DNA of 64,000 nucleotides. It comes from an uncultured Actinomycetota bacterium. Its GTDB lineage: Bacteria > Actinomycetota > Actinomycetes > Mycobacteriales > Micromonosporaceae. Every line of letters begins with the position of its first letter. Positions within the stretch are counted from its first letter, which is position 1. The notes beneath the pieces were generated by a model, which was not told where the DNA came from, did not search any database, and was given only the letters and a program-made list of their open reading frames with translations. Below, in pieces: positions 38,084 to 49,120 of the stretch. The stretch covers positions 24,171 to 88,170 of the forward strand of contig CAWIXO010000028.1 of NCBI GenBank assembly GCA_963840005.1, given 5' to 3'. The translations under genes were made by a program, and so were the position numbers.

Positions 38084-40650
38084 ATGACCGAGATCCGCAC
38101 GCCCGACCAGCGGCTCCGAGTCTTCGTCAGCTCCACGATGAACGAGCTGGCGGACGCGCGGCGTCGCCGCGCGACGGGCCATCGAGCAGCTCCAGCTGAC
38201 CCCGGTGATGTTCGAGCTGGGTGCCCGGCCGTACCCGCCCCGCGAGCTCTATCTCGCCTACCTCGCCCAGAGCGACGTCTTCGTCGCCATCTACGGCGAG
38301 AGCTACGGCAGGTCGAGCCGGGCCGCGACGTGTCCGGGCTCGAGGACGAGTTCCTCGCCGCGGCCGGCAAGCCCCAAGCTGATGTACGTGCAACGCCCGG
38401 CGCCCAACCGCGAGCCCCGCCTGGCCGAGATGCTCGAGCGGGTGGCCCGCAGCGGGGTCTCCTACCGCACGTTCGCGCATCCCAAGGAGCTGGTCGCGCG
38501 CATCGGCGGCGACCTCGCGCTGCTGCTCAGCGAACGCTTCGGCGCCGCGGCCGCGCCCGCACCGGCCGCAGCCCGCCGATCAGGAGCCCGCGCCCGACGA
38601 CCTGCGCCGGCTGGGCTCGACGAACAGGTTCATCGGGCGCCGGGACGAGCTGCGGGAGTTGCGGGCGCTGACGACCGACCCGCAGACCCGGCTGGTGACG
38701 CTGGTCGGGCCCGGCGGCATCGGCAAGACCCGGTTGGCGGTCGAGCTCGTGGCCTCGGTCGCACCGGAGTTCGAGTCCGTGGCGACGGTCGACCTCGACC
38801 AGCTGTCGTCGGCGCAGCAGGTGCCACCGGCGATCGCCGCCGCCCTCGGCGTCCCCGAGACGCCGGGACTGTCGCTGGTCGACGCGATCGCCGGCTCCGT
38901 CGGCGCACACCGGATCCTGCTGCTGCTCGACAGCTTCGAACACGTCGTCGACGTGGCGCCGACGATCGCCGAGCTCGTCATGCGGACCTCCCGCCTGGCG
39001 GTGCTGGTGACCAGCCGGGAGCCGCTGCATCTCAGCGGCGAGCACGTGTTCGAGGTGCCGACCCTGGGCGTGCCGGAATGGTCCGACAGCACCGACGACG
39101 CCAAGCAGTCCGACGCGGTCCAGCTGTTCGCCGAGCGGGCCGCGGCCGCCGGCGCGCACCTGAAGCTCGACGCCGCCGAGGTGCGCACGATCTCGGACAT
39201 CTGCCGGCGCCTCGACGGCCTCCCGCTCGCGATCGAGCTGGCCGCACCGCGCACCAGGATGCTGGAGCTCGACGACCTGCTGCGGCGGCTGGACCGCAGC
39301 TTCGACATGTTCTCCCCCGGTGCGCGGGACCTGCCCTCCCGGCAGCGCACGCTGCACTCCACGATCGCCTGGAGCTACGACCTGCTCGACCGGGCCGACC
39401 AGATCCTGTTCACCCGGCTCGGCGTGTTCGCCGGGAGCTTCCGGCTGGAGGCCGCGGAGACGATCTGCGGCGACGACCCGACCGCACCCGTGTTCGACGT
39501 CATCTCGTCCCTTGTGGACAAGGCCCTGCTGCGGCCGGACCATTCGATCCACGGCGAGCCCCGGTTCGCCATGCTGCAGGTCGTGCGGGAGTACGCCATC
39601 GGCCGCCTGACCGACGCGGGCGAGGCCGACCGGCTGCGCCAGCGGCACGCCGAGTACTTCCGCCAGCAGACCCTCGACGTCGGCGCCGCGGTCTCCGGCG
39701 AACCCCGGATCCGGCCGCTGGTCCAGCAGTGCGTCGCCGACCACGACAACTTCCGCGCGGCGCTGCAGTGGTTCCTCGCCGAGGGCGACGCCGACTCGGC
39801 GGTCCGGATGGGTCTGGCGATCTGGCCGGTGCTGTTCACCCAGGGCCTGGCCACCGACGTCGAAGCGGCCATGGAACAGGCCCTGGCCGCGGGACGGGCG
39901 CTGACCGACGACAACCGCGCGTACGCCCGGCTCGTGCTGGGCATGATGGCGTTCCTGCGCGCGGACTACGACCGGGCCAGGGACGTGCTGCCATCCGCCC
40001 GCGACCGGTTCGTCGAGCGCGGCGACGAGCGCGAGGCGGCGACGGCGGCGGTCGCGCTCGGTCTCATGCAGGTGCCGACCGAACCGGAGCACGGCGAACG
40101 CCAGCTCGTCGGGGCCGTCGACACGTTCCGCCGGTTGGCCGACCCGTGGTGGCTGATGTTCGCACTGTGCGCGCTCGGCTCGGGGCGCGTCACCATGCAC
40201 CACGAGGACGACGCGATCGCCACGCTCGAGGAGGGCGGCCGACTCGCGCTCGAGCTGGAAGACGACGTGCTGGTCAGCAACGGTCTGGTCGCACTCGGCT
40301 GGGCGCACCTGCGCCAGGGCGACCTCGCCGTGGCCGGCAAGGAGCTAGGTGCGGCGCTCGACCGGGCGGTGACGTTCGGCAGCCGGGAAACCATCCCGCG
40401 AGCGCTCGACGCGCTCGCGGCGGTGGCCGAGCGGACCGGCGACACCGACCGGGCCGCGACGCTGTTCGGTGCGGCCCTGGGCGTACGCGGCACGTTGGGC
40501 ACCGACGTGTGGGGCATCGACCGCGAAGCCCACGCCGAGACGGCCGAGCGCCTGCGGACCCGACTCGGCGACGGGCCGTACCGCCGGCTGACCGCCCGGG
40601 GTGCCGGCCTCGCCCTCGACGACGTCCTGGAGCTCGCGGCACCCCACTGA
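38084..40650 (+). CDS. DUF4062 + STAND/NB-ARC ATPase + TPR protein, several frameshifts in the 5-prime part
   Basis: LRVFVSSTMNELA, FELGARP, SDVFVAIYGESYG, SGLEDEF; GPGGIGKT, LLLLDSFEH, TSRE, GLPLAIELAA; helical repeats. Confidence 0.85.
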
Positions 40651-40671
40651 CCGGCGCGTAGACTGGCGTCG

Positions 40672-41886
40672 ATGGGCACGCGACACGTGCGGCGGCAGCT
40701 GCCACGCTGGTCCGAGCTGCGGCCGATGGTGCGGATCGAGGCACCGGCGTGGGGCCGCGGCGCGCGGGTGGGCCGGGCGGCGAGCATCTCCGACCTGCGG
40801 CTGATCGCGCGCCGGCACACGCCGCGGGCGGCGTTCGACTACGTCGACGGCGCCGCCGAGGGCGAGCGGAGCCACGCGCGCAGCCGGGCCGCGTTCGCCC
40901 GTGTCGAGTTCCGGCCGCGGGTGTTGCGGGACGTGTCCGACGCGGACACCACGACCACGCTGCTCGGGAGCCCGTCGACCATGCCGCTGGTCCTCGCGCC
41001 GACGGGCTTCACCCGGATGATGCACCACGAGGGCGAGTACGCCGTCGCCGCGGCGGCAGCGGCCGCGGGGGTGCCGTACACCCTGTCCACGATGGGCACA
41101 GTCCCGCCGGAGCGGCTACCCGCGGTCGGCGACCGCTGGTTCCAGCTCTACCTCTGGAAGGACCGCGGCGCGACCAAGGACCTGGTGGCGCGGGCCGCGG
41201 CCAGCGGCTACCGCGCGTTGATGCTGACCGTCGACACCCCCGTGTCCGGCGCCCGGCTGCGCGACGTCCGCAATGGACTGACCATCCCCCCGAACCTGAC
41301 GCTGCGCACGCTGGCCGGCATGGCCCGGCACCCGTCATGGTGGTTCAACCTGCTGACCACGCCGCCGCTGCGCTTCGCGTCGCTGGACAGCACCGACGGC
41401 GCGCTGGCCAGCATGGTCGACCGCGTCTTCGACCCGAGGATCACCGTCGCGGACCTCGAGTGGCTGCGCGAGTTCTGGCCGGGACCACTGATCGTCAAGG
41501 GCGTCCTCGGCGCGGCCGACGCCCGACTCGTCGTCGACGCGGGCGCCGACGCCGTCGTCGTGTCCAACCACGGCGGCCGCCAACTCGACCGCGCCGCGAC
41601 CCCGCTCGAAGCGCTGCCCGCCGTCGCGGAGGCGGTCGGCGGACGGGCCGAGGTCTACGTCGACGGCGGGGTCCTCGACGGCGCGGACGTCATCGCCGCG
41701 GTCGGGCTCGGCGCCCGCGCCTGCCTGGTGGGCCGGGCCTACCTCTACGGGCTGATGGCCGGCGGCCAGGCCGGCGTCACCCGGGCGCTGGACATCCTGC
41801 ACGGCGACATGCGGCGCACCCTCGCGCTGCTCGGCGCCCGCACCATCGACCAGCTCGACCCGGACAGCGTGCGCCTCCGCGGCTGA
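40672..41886 (+). CDS. FMN-dependent alpha-hydroxy acid dehydrogenase (LldD-like)
   Basis: FDYVDGAA, APTG, WFQLY, LTVD, SNHGGRQLD, DGG. Confidence 0.93.
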   Translation: MGTRHVRRQLPRWSELRPMVRIEAPAWGRGARVGRAASISDLRLIARRHTPRAAFDYVDGAAEGERSHARSRAAFARVEFRPRVLRDVSDADTTTTLLGSPSTMPLVLAPTGFTRMMHHEGEYAVAAAAAAAGVPYTLSTMGTVPPERLPAVGDRWFQLYLWKDRGATKDLVARAAASGYRALMLTVDTPVSGARLRDVRNGLTIPPNLTLRTLAGMARHPSWWFNLLTTPPLRFASLDSTDGALASMVDRVFDPRITVADLEWLREFWPGPLIVKGVLGAADARLVVDAGADAVVVSNHGGRQLDRAATPLEALPAVAEAVGGRAEVYVDGGVLDGADVIAAVGLGARACLVGRAYLYGLMAGGQAGVTRALDILHGDMRRTLALLGARTIDQLDPDSVRLRG

Positions 41887-41888
41887 CC

Positions 41889-43770
41889 CTACGAGCCCGT
41901 GGTGGCGATCGGTTCCATGGCCAGGATGGCGCCGGTGGTCGTGCCGGCGGCGGTGACCAGCGGGACGCAGGTGACGCGCAGGGTGATCGACCGGCCGCGG
42001 CGGTTGACCGCGTCGAGCCGGATCTCCTGGCGCCCGTCGCCCTCGTCCGGCCCGCCGTTCGAGGACGCGGCCAGCGCCCGGCGCAGGGCCGGCCGCAGCT
42101 CGTCGACCGGCAGGCCGATGTCGAGGTTGAGCAGGTGCTGGCCGACGACCTCCGCGGACCGCAGGCCCCACAGCTCGTCGGCACCGCGGTTCCACGTCAC
42201 GCACCCGCAGGTCCGGGTCGACGACGATGACGCCGGCCTCGCAAACTGGACAGCACGGCTCCGACGAACGCGCGGGAGACGTCGAGCTCGGCGTTGCTGT
42301 GCCGGAACCGCTCGTTGATGCTCTGGAGCTCGTCGTTGGTCGACTGCAGCTCCTCGTTCATCGTCTCCAGTTCCTCGTTGGTGGACTGGAGCTCCTCGTT
42401 GGTGGTCTCGAGCTCCTCGACCGTGGACTGGAGCTCCTCGTTGGTCGTCTCCAGTTCCTCGTTGGTCGACTGCAGCTCCTCGTACGCCGTCTCCAGCTGC
42501 CGGTTGGTCTCCCGCAGCTCGCCCTGCATGCGATGGGTGACGCGTGACGTCGTGGAAGAACAGCGACACGCCGAGCAGGCCGGCGTCGCTCGCGACGATG
42601 CGGGTTGACGTGGATCTCCAGGTGCACCCGGTCGCCGGTGCCCCGCTCGTACTCGATGTCGGTGATCTGGACCGTCCGCCGCTCGACCTGCGCCTGCTCG
42701 ATGTACTTGCGCAGCTCGGTCGGGCGGTAGGAGACCTCGAGGTCGCGGAAGGGCCGCCCGACGTCGCGCGGCGACACGCCGAACAGCGTCTCGGCCTGCC
42801 GGTTGGTCAGCGCGACCAGGCCGTCGGTCGTCACGACGATCTGCGCCACCGGGCTGCCGAGGAACGCCTGGTCGCGGAGCTGGTCGAGACCGATCGAGCT
42901 GCCGGGGCGCGGCCTCCGGCGTCGCTGAGAACAGCCCGCCGTCGCCGCCGTTCGTGCGGGGCACCTTCTGGAAGATCCGTCGCTTGAGGTCGAACGGCGT
43001 GAAGAGGTGGCCGTGGCTGAGCAGCATCTCGGCCTTGCCGAGGAACAGCACGCCGGCCTCGGCCAGCGCGAAGTGGAACCGGCCGAGGATGCGGGACTGC
43101 GTCTCGGCGTTGAGGTACATCAGCGTGTTGCGGCAGACCAGCAGGTCGATCCGGGAGATCGGGGCGTCCTGCACGAGGTCGTTGCGGCCGAAGATGACCG
43201 AGCGGCGCAGGTCCTTGCGGAACGCGAACCGGTTGTCCGGCCGGCTCGAAGTACCGGTCGAGGTAGCTCCGGCGGCAGACCGGTCAGCTCGCGTTCGCCG
43301 TAGGTGGCCTGCCGTGCCTCGGCCAGCGCCTCCTCGTCGACATCGGTCGCGTAGATCTTCACCCGGCGCCGGAACTCGTCGATGCCCAGCATCTCGGCCA
43401 GCATGATCGCGAGCGTGTACGCCTCCTCGCCGGAGGCGCAGCCGGCGCTCCAGACCCGGATCGGGCGGTCCGGCGGCCGCTGTCGATCAGCGGCGCGCAG
43501 CACGCTCGTCGCGCAGGAAGTCCCACGCCTCCGGGTCGCGGAAGAAGCCGGTGACGTTGATCAGGATGGTGTTGAACAGCGCGGTGAACTCGTCCGGGTG
43601 GACCTGCAGGTGGTCGAGGTACTCGGCGTAGTCGGTCGACGCCGACCTGCGTCCATCCGCCGGCCGACCCGGCGCATCAGGCTCGACCGCTTGTAGCCGG
43701 TGAAGTCGAACCCCCGCTGCTCCTTCAGGTAGACCAGCAGCGCCTCGAAGTGCGGGTCTGGGCCGCTCAT
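41889..43770 (-). CDS. CheR-type methyltransferase with PAS domains and coiled coil, many frameshifts
   Basis: GFDFTGYK, INVTGFFRD, RVWSAGCASGEEAY, CRNTLMY, EELQSTNEELETTNEEL, WNRGADELWG. Confidence 0.88.
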
Positions 43771-43813
43771 CACGTCGGACGCCTCTCCGTCGCCGCTGTC
43801 CAGACAGTTGACG

Positions 43814-44422
43814 CTACTCGCCGGCCGCGTCGGCGGTCGGGCCAGGGGCGTTCGCGGTGGACGTGATCAGCTTGGCGATCGTGTCACCCATCGCCGCGAC
43901 GCTCACCACCGCGGCGGGTGCGGTCACGCGTTCCAGCGCCGCCTTCGGCATCGACGGATAACGCGCGTCGGCGGGCTGCTGCACGACGCACCGGCCGCCG
44001 GACAGTTCGATTGCCGCCAGGCCCGCGGCACCGTCGTCACGGGCACCGGACAGGACGACACCGAGCACCCGCGGCCCGAGCGACCGGGCCGCCGACCGGA
44101 AGAGCGCGTCGATGCCGGGGCGGTGGCCGTTCTCCGCCGGTCCGCTGGACAGCCGGACCCGGTCGTCGACCACCAGCAGGTGATGATCGGCCGGCGCGAC
44201 GTAGATGTGGCCGGGCTCGATCGGCTCGTCGTCGCGCGCGGCGTGCGCCGGCAGCGGTCCGGCCCTCGTCAGGATGATGGGCAGGGCGCTCGGCGCCGCG
44301 CGCGGCAGATGCAACACGACGAGGACGGCCGCCGGCAGGTCGGCCGGCAACCCGGACACCAGGGTCTGCAACGCCTCGACACCACCGGCTGAGGCGCCCA
44401 CCACGACGACCTGAGGGACCAC
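43814..44422 (-). CDS. Stand-alone CheB methylesterase domain protein
   Basis: [28 protein letters not shown]; no receiver domain. Confidence 0.9.
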   Translation of the reverse strand: MVPQVVVVGASAGGVEALQTLVSGLPADLPAAVLVVLHLPRAAPSALPIILTRAGPLPAHAARDDEPIEPGHIYVAPADHHLLVVDDRVRLSSGPAENGHRPGIDALFRSAARSLGPRVLGVVLSGARDDGAAGLAAIELSGGRCVVQQPADARYPSMPKAALERVTAPAAVVSVAAMGDTIAKLITSTANAPGPTADAAGE

Positions 44423-44469
44423 CGGCTCCGGTTACCCCGTGGCCGCGCCCTCGAACCGGCGGACGCCGG

Positions 44470-45204
44470 TCAGTCGTCCTCGCGGCGCAGGGTCGCCCAC
44501 ACGACCTTGCCGTCGGGTGTCCCGAGGTGGCCCCAGGCGGCGGACACCGCCGCGACCAGGAGCAGTCCCCGGCCGCCTTCGACGCGCTGCGCCACCGCCG
44601 GGATCGCCGGCACCGCCATCGAACCGTCCCGCACCGCGATGTGCAGGTGGCGGGGCCGAAGGCTGACCCGGACCGTGAAGATGGTGTTGGCATGGACCAC
44701 GGCATTGGCGGCGAGTTCCGAGACGACGATCGACGCGTCCGCCACGAGGGCGGGCAGGTCCCACCGCAGGCATGCCTCCGTGACCATGTTGCGGGCGTTC
44801 CGGGGAGCGCCGGCGAGCGGCAGCATCTCCTCGACGAGCACGGGCGTCGGCGCCCCGGTGGCCACGCTCCGGGCGGCCAGGGCCACGGACGGGAAAATCG
44901 TCCAGGCCAGGGCCGGCGCCCGCGCGAAATGGAGCGCGACGGACGGGATCGGCGCACAGAGCAGCACGGGGATCGCCGGCCAGCGGGCGGCCTCCCGGCC
45001 CACCACGAGGAACACCGACAGGGTGCCCAGATCGGCGGACGCGACGCCGGACAGGTCGACGAGGATCGCGTCGGGCTGGTCGGCGAGCACCTTGAGCATG
45101 GTGGTGCGCACCAGCGTCGAGCCGGCGAGATCGAGGTCTCCCACCGGACTGACCAGCGTGTAGGAACCGCGCTTGTCGATCGAGCAGGTCATGCTGGTCC
45201 GCAT
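44470..45204 (-). CDS. STAS + HATPase_c (anti-anti-sigma/anti-sigma) fusion
   Basis: GDLD..ILVDLSGV; SELAANAVVH, VRDG, GGRGL, WG, GKVVW. Confidence 0.85.
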   Translation of the reverse strand: MRTSMTCSIDKRGSYTLVSPVGDLDLAGSTLVRTTMLKVLADQPDAILVDLSGVASADLGTLSVFLVVGREAARWPAIPVLLCAPIPSVALHFARAPALAWTIFPSVALAARSVATGAPTPVLVEEMLPLAGAPRNARNMVTEACLRWDLPALVADASIVVSELAANAVVHANTIFTVRVSLRPRHLHIAVRDGSMAVPAIPAVAQRVEGGRGLLLVAAVSAAWGHLGTPDGKVVWATLRREDD

Positions 45205-45209
45205 CGTGG

Positions 45210-45689
45210 TTAAGTATGCGACTCGCTGACCTGCGGCGCATGCCCCGGGGGTGTCGTCATCCGGTCTCCCGCCGGTCGCCGGAGGCCAGCTGGGAGTCGA
45301 TCTCGCCGTTGGTCGGCGTCCTTCAGCCTCGCGGCGGCGGCCGCCTCCTGACGATCGATCTCCCGGTCCCGCTCGTCCGCGACGGTGGCGCGCCGGTGGG
45401 CGACCGCGTCGCGTTCCGTGTCGCGCTTGCCCGCCGCAGCGTCACGCGCGTCCGCCGCGGCGTCACGCCGATCGGCGGCGGCGGCCCGCACGGCAAGGCC
45501 CTCGTCGCGCAGGTCCGCGCTCCGGTCACGGCGGTCGGCCTCCCGGTCGCGCTGGTCCGCCCGGCTCGAGCGCACCTCCTGGTCGACGTCGCGCTGGTCG
45601 GCCTCTCCGGCACGCTGGTCGGCGTTCTCCCGGGCCGCGCGCCGGTCGCGCTCGGCCGGGTCGCGCCGCCGGCCCAGTCCGTCACCCAC
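45210..45689 (-). CDS. Hypothetical charged coiled-coil protein (ADxRD heptads); boundaries uncertain
   Basis: ADQRA, ADQRD, ADRRD, ADLRD, ADARD, ADERD repeats. Confidence 0.5.
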   Translation of the reverse strand: MGDGLGRRRDPAERDRRAARENADQRAGEADQRDVDQEVRSSRADQRDREADRRDRSADLRDEGLAVRAAAADRRDAAADARDAAAGKRDTERDAVAHRRATVADERDREIDRQEAAAAARLKDADQRRDRLPAGLRRPAGDRMTTPPGHAPQVSESHT

Positions 45690-45771
45690 CTGGTCAGGGT
45701 ACGTCCGACGGGGCCTTCCCGGTGATGCCGGAAATGGGACACGAGACCCACCGGCACCACGCCGCGCTGTG

Positions 45772-46981
45772 CTACCCGGGTCGGCCGACGAGCCGGCCGA
45801 CGTTCTCCGGTGCGAAGAACTCCACCGGCGAGGTCACGCCGGAGTTGAGGCGGGCGAACGCGTCCATCGCGCCCTGGTGGCCGGCGATCGCGGAGACCAG
45901 CTGGATCATCTGCTCGTCCGGCGGCTGCAGCGAGGCGATCTGCAGGGTCATCTGGTAGACCGGCATCGCGCGGGTGTCCCGGGTGGAGTGGTAGCCGGCC
46001 AGCGCCTCGTCGTACGGCGTCCGTGCCGGCCAGCGTCGCCTCCAGCGCCCGGGCGCAGGCCCTCGGCGTCCAGGAACGCGTCGGTGATGCCCTGTGCGGT
46101 GATGAAGTCCCGGCTGTATCCGGCGTCGCCGACCAGCGCCCAACCCGGGCCGTACGGAGTCCGGAAGTAGTTCGGCACCGACGTGCCGACGAGCCGCTCC
46201 TCCCGCTTGGCGTCGCGGATCCGCTCGGTGAACGCGGGCGACATCGCGAACGTCGCCATCAGGTGGCCTCGACGTCGTTGCGGTGGTCGGCGAGCTCCGC
46301 GTGCGGCCAGCCGCCGATCACCAGGGTCAGGCCGTCGTTGGTGGGGCAGACGGCCCAGCCGCGCCCCGGCCGGCTGTAGGCCTCGAACGTGTCGGTGGGC
46401 AGGTTGCTCCAGTAGGAGTAGTAGCCGACCGTCAGCGGCGGCGTGGTCCTCGTACGACCGCCGGTGCCACCGTCTTGGCGACCACCGAGTTGCGGCCGTC
46501 GGCGCCGACCACCACGCGGGCCCGCTCCACAACGGACGCCCCGCCGTGGTCGTGGCCGCGGATGCCGGTCACCCGGCCGTCGTCGACCAGCACCTCCTCG
46601 ACGGTGAACCCCTCGCGGACCTCGACGCCGGCGGCCGCGGCGGCGTCCACCAGGATCTTGTCGAGCAGGGTGCGCCGCGGCGCGTACGCGTAGGGCGACG
46701 TCCGCGGTGCCCGGCGCGCCGGCCAGCGCGATCGGCCCGAAGTCGAACGAGTAGCGGCCGACCGGCGGGCAGCCGGTCGCCACGACCTGGTCGAGCAGCC
46801 CCCAGCGGCGCAGCGCGGCCACGCCCGGCGGGTGGATGACGTGCGTGGACACGGTGTCGCTGGGGAAGGTCGCCCGATCCACCAGCAACACCCGGTGACC
46901 CTGCCGGGCCAACAGCATCGCCAGCGGCGAGCCCGCGCAACGCGCGCCCACCACGATGACGTCGTACGCCTGATCCGCCAT
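45772..46981 (-). CDS. NAD(P)/FAD-dependent oxidoreductase, frameshifted
   Basis: VGARCAGS, VDRATFPSD, VGADGRNS, GWALVGDAG..TAQGI; AAGGGG RBS. Confidence 0.88.
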
Positions 46982-47065
46982 GTCGCCCCTTACTCGGTCT
47001 CCCGAGCCATGATGGAGCGATCATCCTCCACTGTCGAGGGGCCGCACGGTCGATGTTGCGGCACG

Positions 47066-47108
47066 AAAAATCCCGCGTGGCTCCTCGGACAACGGAGCCA
47101 CGCGGGAT
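47066..47108 (-). terminator. Intrinsic terminator of typA
   Basis: 15-bp stem ATCCCGCGTGGCTCC/GGAGCCACGCGGGAT followed by a T run on the minus strand. Confidence 0.85.
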
Positions 47109-47120
47109 CGATCGGTCAGC

Positions 47121-48990
47121 TCAGCCCGCGTGCTTGCGCCGCGCGGCGGCCCGGCCGCGGGTCGTCTGGTCGAGGACGACCTTGCGGATCCGCACCGAGT
47201 TCGGGGTGACCTCGACGCACTCGTCCTCGCGGCAGAACTCGAGGGCCTGCTCCAGCGAGAGCTTCCTCGGCGGGATGACCTTCTCGGTCTCGTCCGAGGT
47301 CGACTGCCGCATGTTGGTGAGCTTCTTCTCCTTGGTGATGTTGACGTCCATGTCGTCGGAGCGGGAGTTCTCGCCCACGATCATGCCCTCGTAGACCTCG
47401 GTGCCCGGGTCGACGAACAGCGAGCCGCGCTCCTGGATGTTGATCATCGCGAACCCGGTCACCGAACGCCGCGCGGTCGGCGACCAGGGAGCCGTTGCCC
47501 CGGGTACGCAGCTCGCCGAACCACGGCTCGTAGCTCTCGAACACGTGGTGCAGGATGCCCGTGCCCCGGGTGTCCGTCAGGAACTCGGTGCGGAAGCCGA
47601 TCAGGCCGCGCGCCGGGACCAGCCACTCCATCCGGATCCAGCCGGTGCCGTGGTTGACCAGCTGCTCCATCCGACCCTTACGGGTCGCCAGCAGCTGGGT
47701 GATCGCGCCCAGGTATTCCTCCGGGGCGTCGATGGTCAGCCGCTCGACCGGCTCGCAGGTCTTGCCGTCGATCTCCCGGGTGACCACCTGCGGCTTGCCG
47801 ACGGTCAGCTCGTAGCTCTCGCGGCGCATCTGCTCGACCAGGATGGCCAGCGCCAGCTCACCGCGGCCCTGCACCTCCCAGGCGTCCGGGCGGTCGGTGG
47901 GCAGCACCCGCAGCGAGACGTTGCCGACCAGCTCGCGGTCGAGGCGGTCCTTGACCATCCGGGCCGTGACCTTGGCGCCCTTGACCCGGCCGACCAGCGG
48001 CGAGGTGTTGGTGCCGATGGTCATCGAGATCGCCGGCTCGTCGACGGTGATCAGCGGCAGCGGGCGCGGGTCGTCGGCGTCGGCCAGGGTCTCGCCGATC
48101 ATGATCTCGGGGATGCCCGCGACGGCCATGATGTCGCCGGGGCCGGCCGACTCGGCCGGCTTGCGCTCCAGGCCCTCGGTCATCAGCAGCTCGGAGATCC
48201 GGACCCGCTCGGTGGTGCCGTCGATCTTGCACCAGGTGACCGTCTGGCCCTTGCGGATCGTGCCCTCGCGCACCCGGCACAGCGCCAGGCGGCCGAGGAA
48301 CGGCGAGGCGTCCAGGTTGGTGACGTGCGCCTGCAGCGGGGCGCCTTCCTCGTACGACGGCGCCGGGATCGTGTTGAGCAGCGTCTGGAACAGCGGCTCC
48401 AGCGAGTCGCTGTCGGCCGGCACCGTGCCGTCGGCGGGCTGGCTCAGCGAGGCGATGCCGTCGCGGGCGCAGGCGTACACGATCGGGAAGTCGATCTGGC
48501 TGTCGTCGGCGTCGAGGTCGAGGAACAGCTCGTACGTGTCGTCGACGACCTCTTTGATCCGGGCGTCCGGCCGGTCCACCTTGTTGATCACCAGGATGAT
48601 CGGCAGCCGGGCCTTGAGCGCCTTGCGCAGCACGAACCGGGTCTGCGGCAGCGGGCCCTCACTGGCGTCCACCAGCAGCACCACGCCATCGACCATGGTC
48701 AGGCCGCGCTCGACCTCACCGCCGAAGTCGGCGTGGCCAGGGGTGTCGATGATGTTGATGACCACCGGATCGCCGTCGGCCGGCGCGTACGTGATGGCGG
48801 TGTTCTTGGCGAGAATGGTGATGCCCTTTTCGCGCTCAAGGTCCATCGAGTCCATCATGCGGTCGGTGGTGAGCTCGTTGCGGGCATGGAACTGGCCGCC
48901 CTGGCGCAGCATCGCGTCGACAAGAGTTGTCTTGCCGTGGTCGACGTGGGCCACGATGGCGACGTTGCGGAGATCGGAACGGGTCGGCAT
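47121..48990 (-). CDS. typA: Translational GTPase TypA/BipA, frameshift near 47465
   Basis: [45 protein letters not shown]. Confidence 0.97.
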
Positions 48991-49120
48991 ACCTCCATCC
49001 TCCCGGGTGCGCGAAGGCCGACCCCGTCGGGGTATCCCGGAGGTGGCCCGGATCTCTGGTTATTGCCTATTTTCGGACCCTCCCGCACTGGCATGCTGGT
49101 GCGGTGGGCCGGGGGACGCA

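Noticed and set aside
42320-42490. 21-bp tandem DNA repeat
   Set aside because: Explained by the EELQSTN/EELETTN heptads of the CheR coiled coil
47843-49120. N-terminal extension making a 926 aa DedA protein
   Set aside because: Antisense shadow of typA; the real start is ATG 49121
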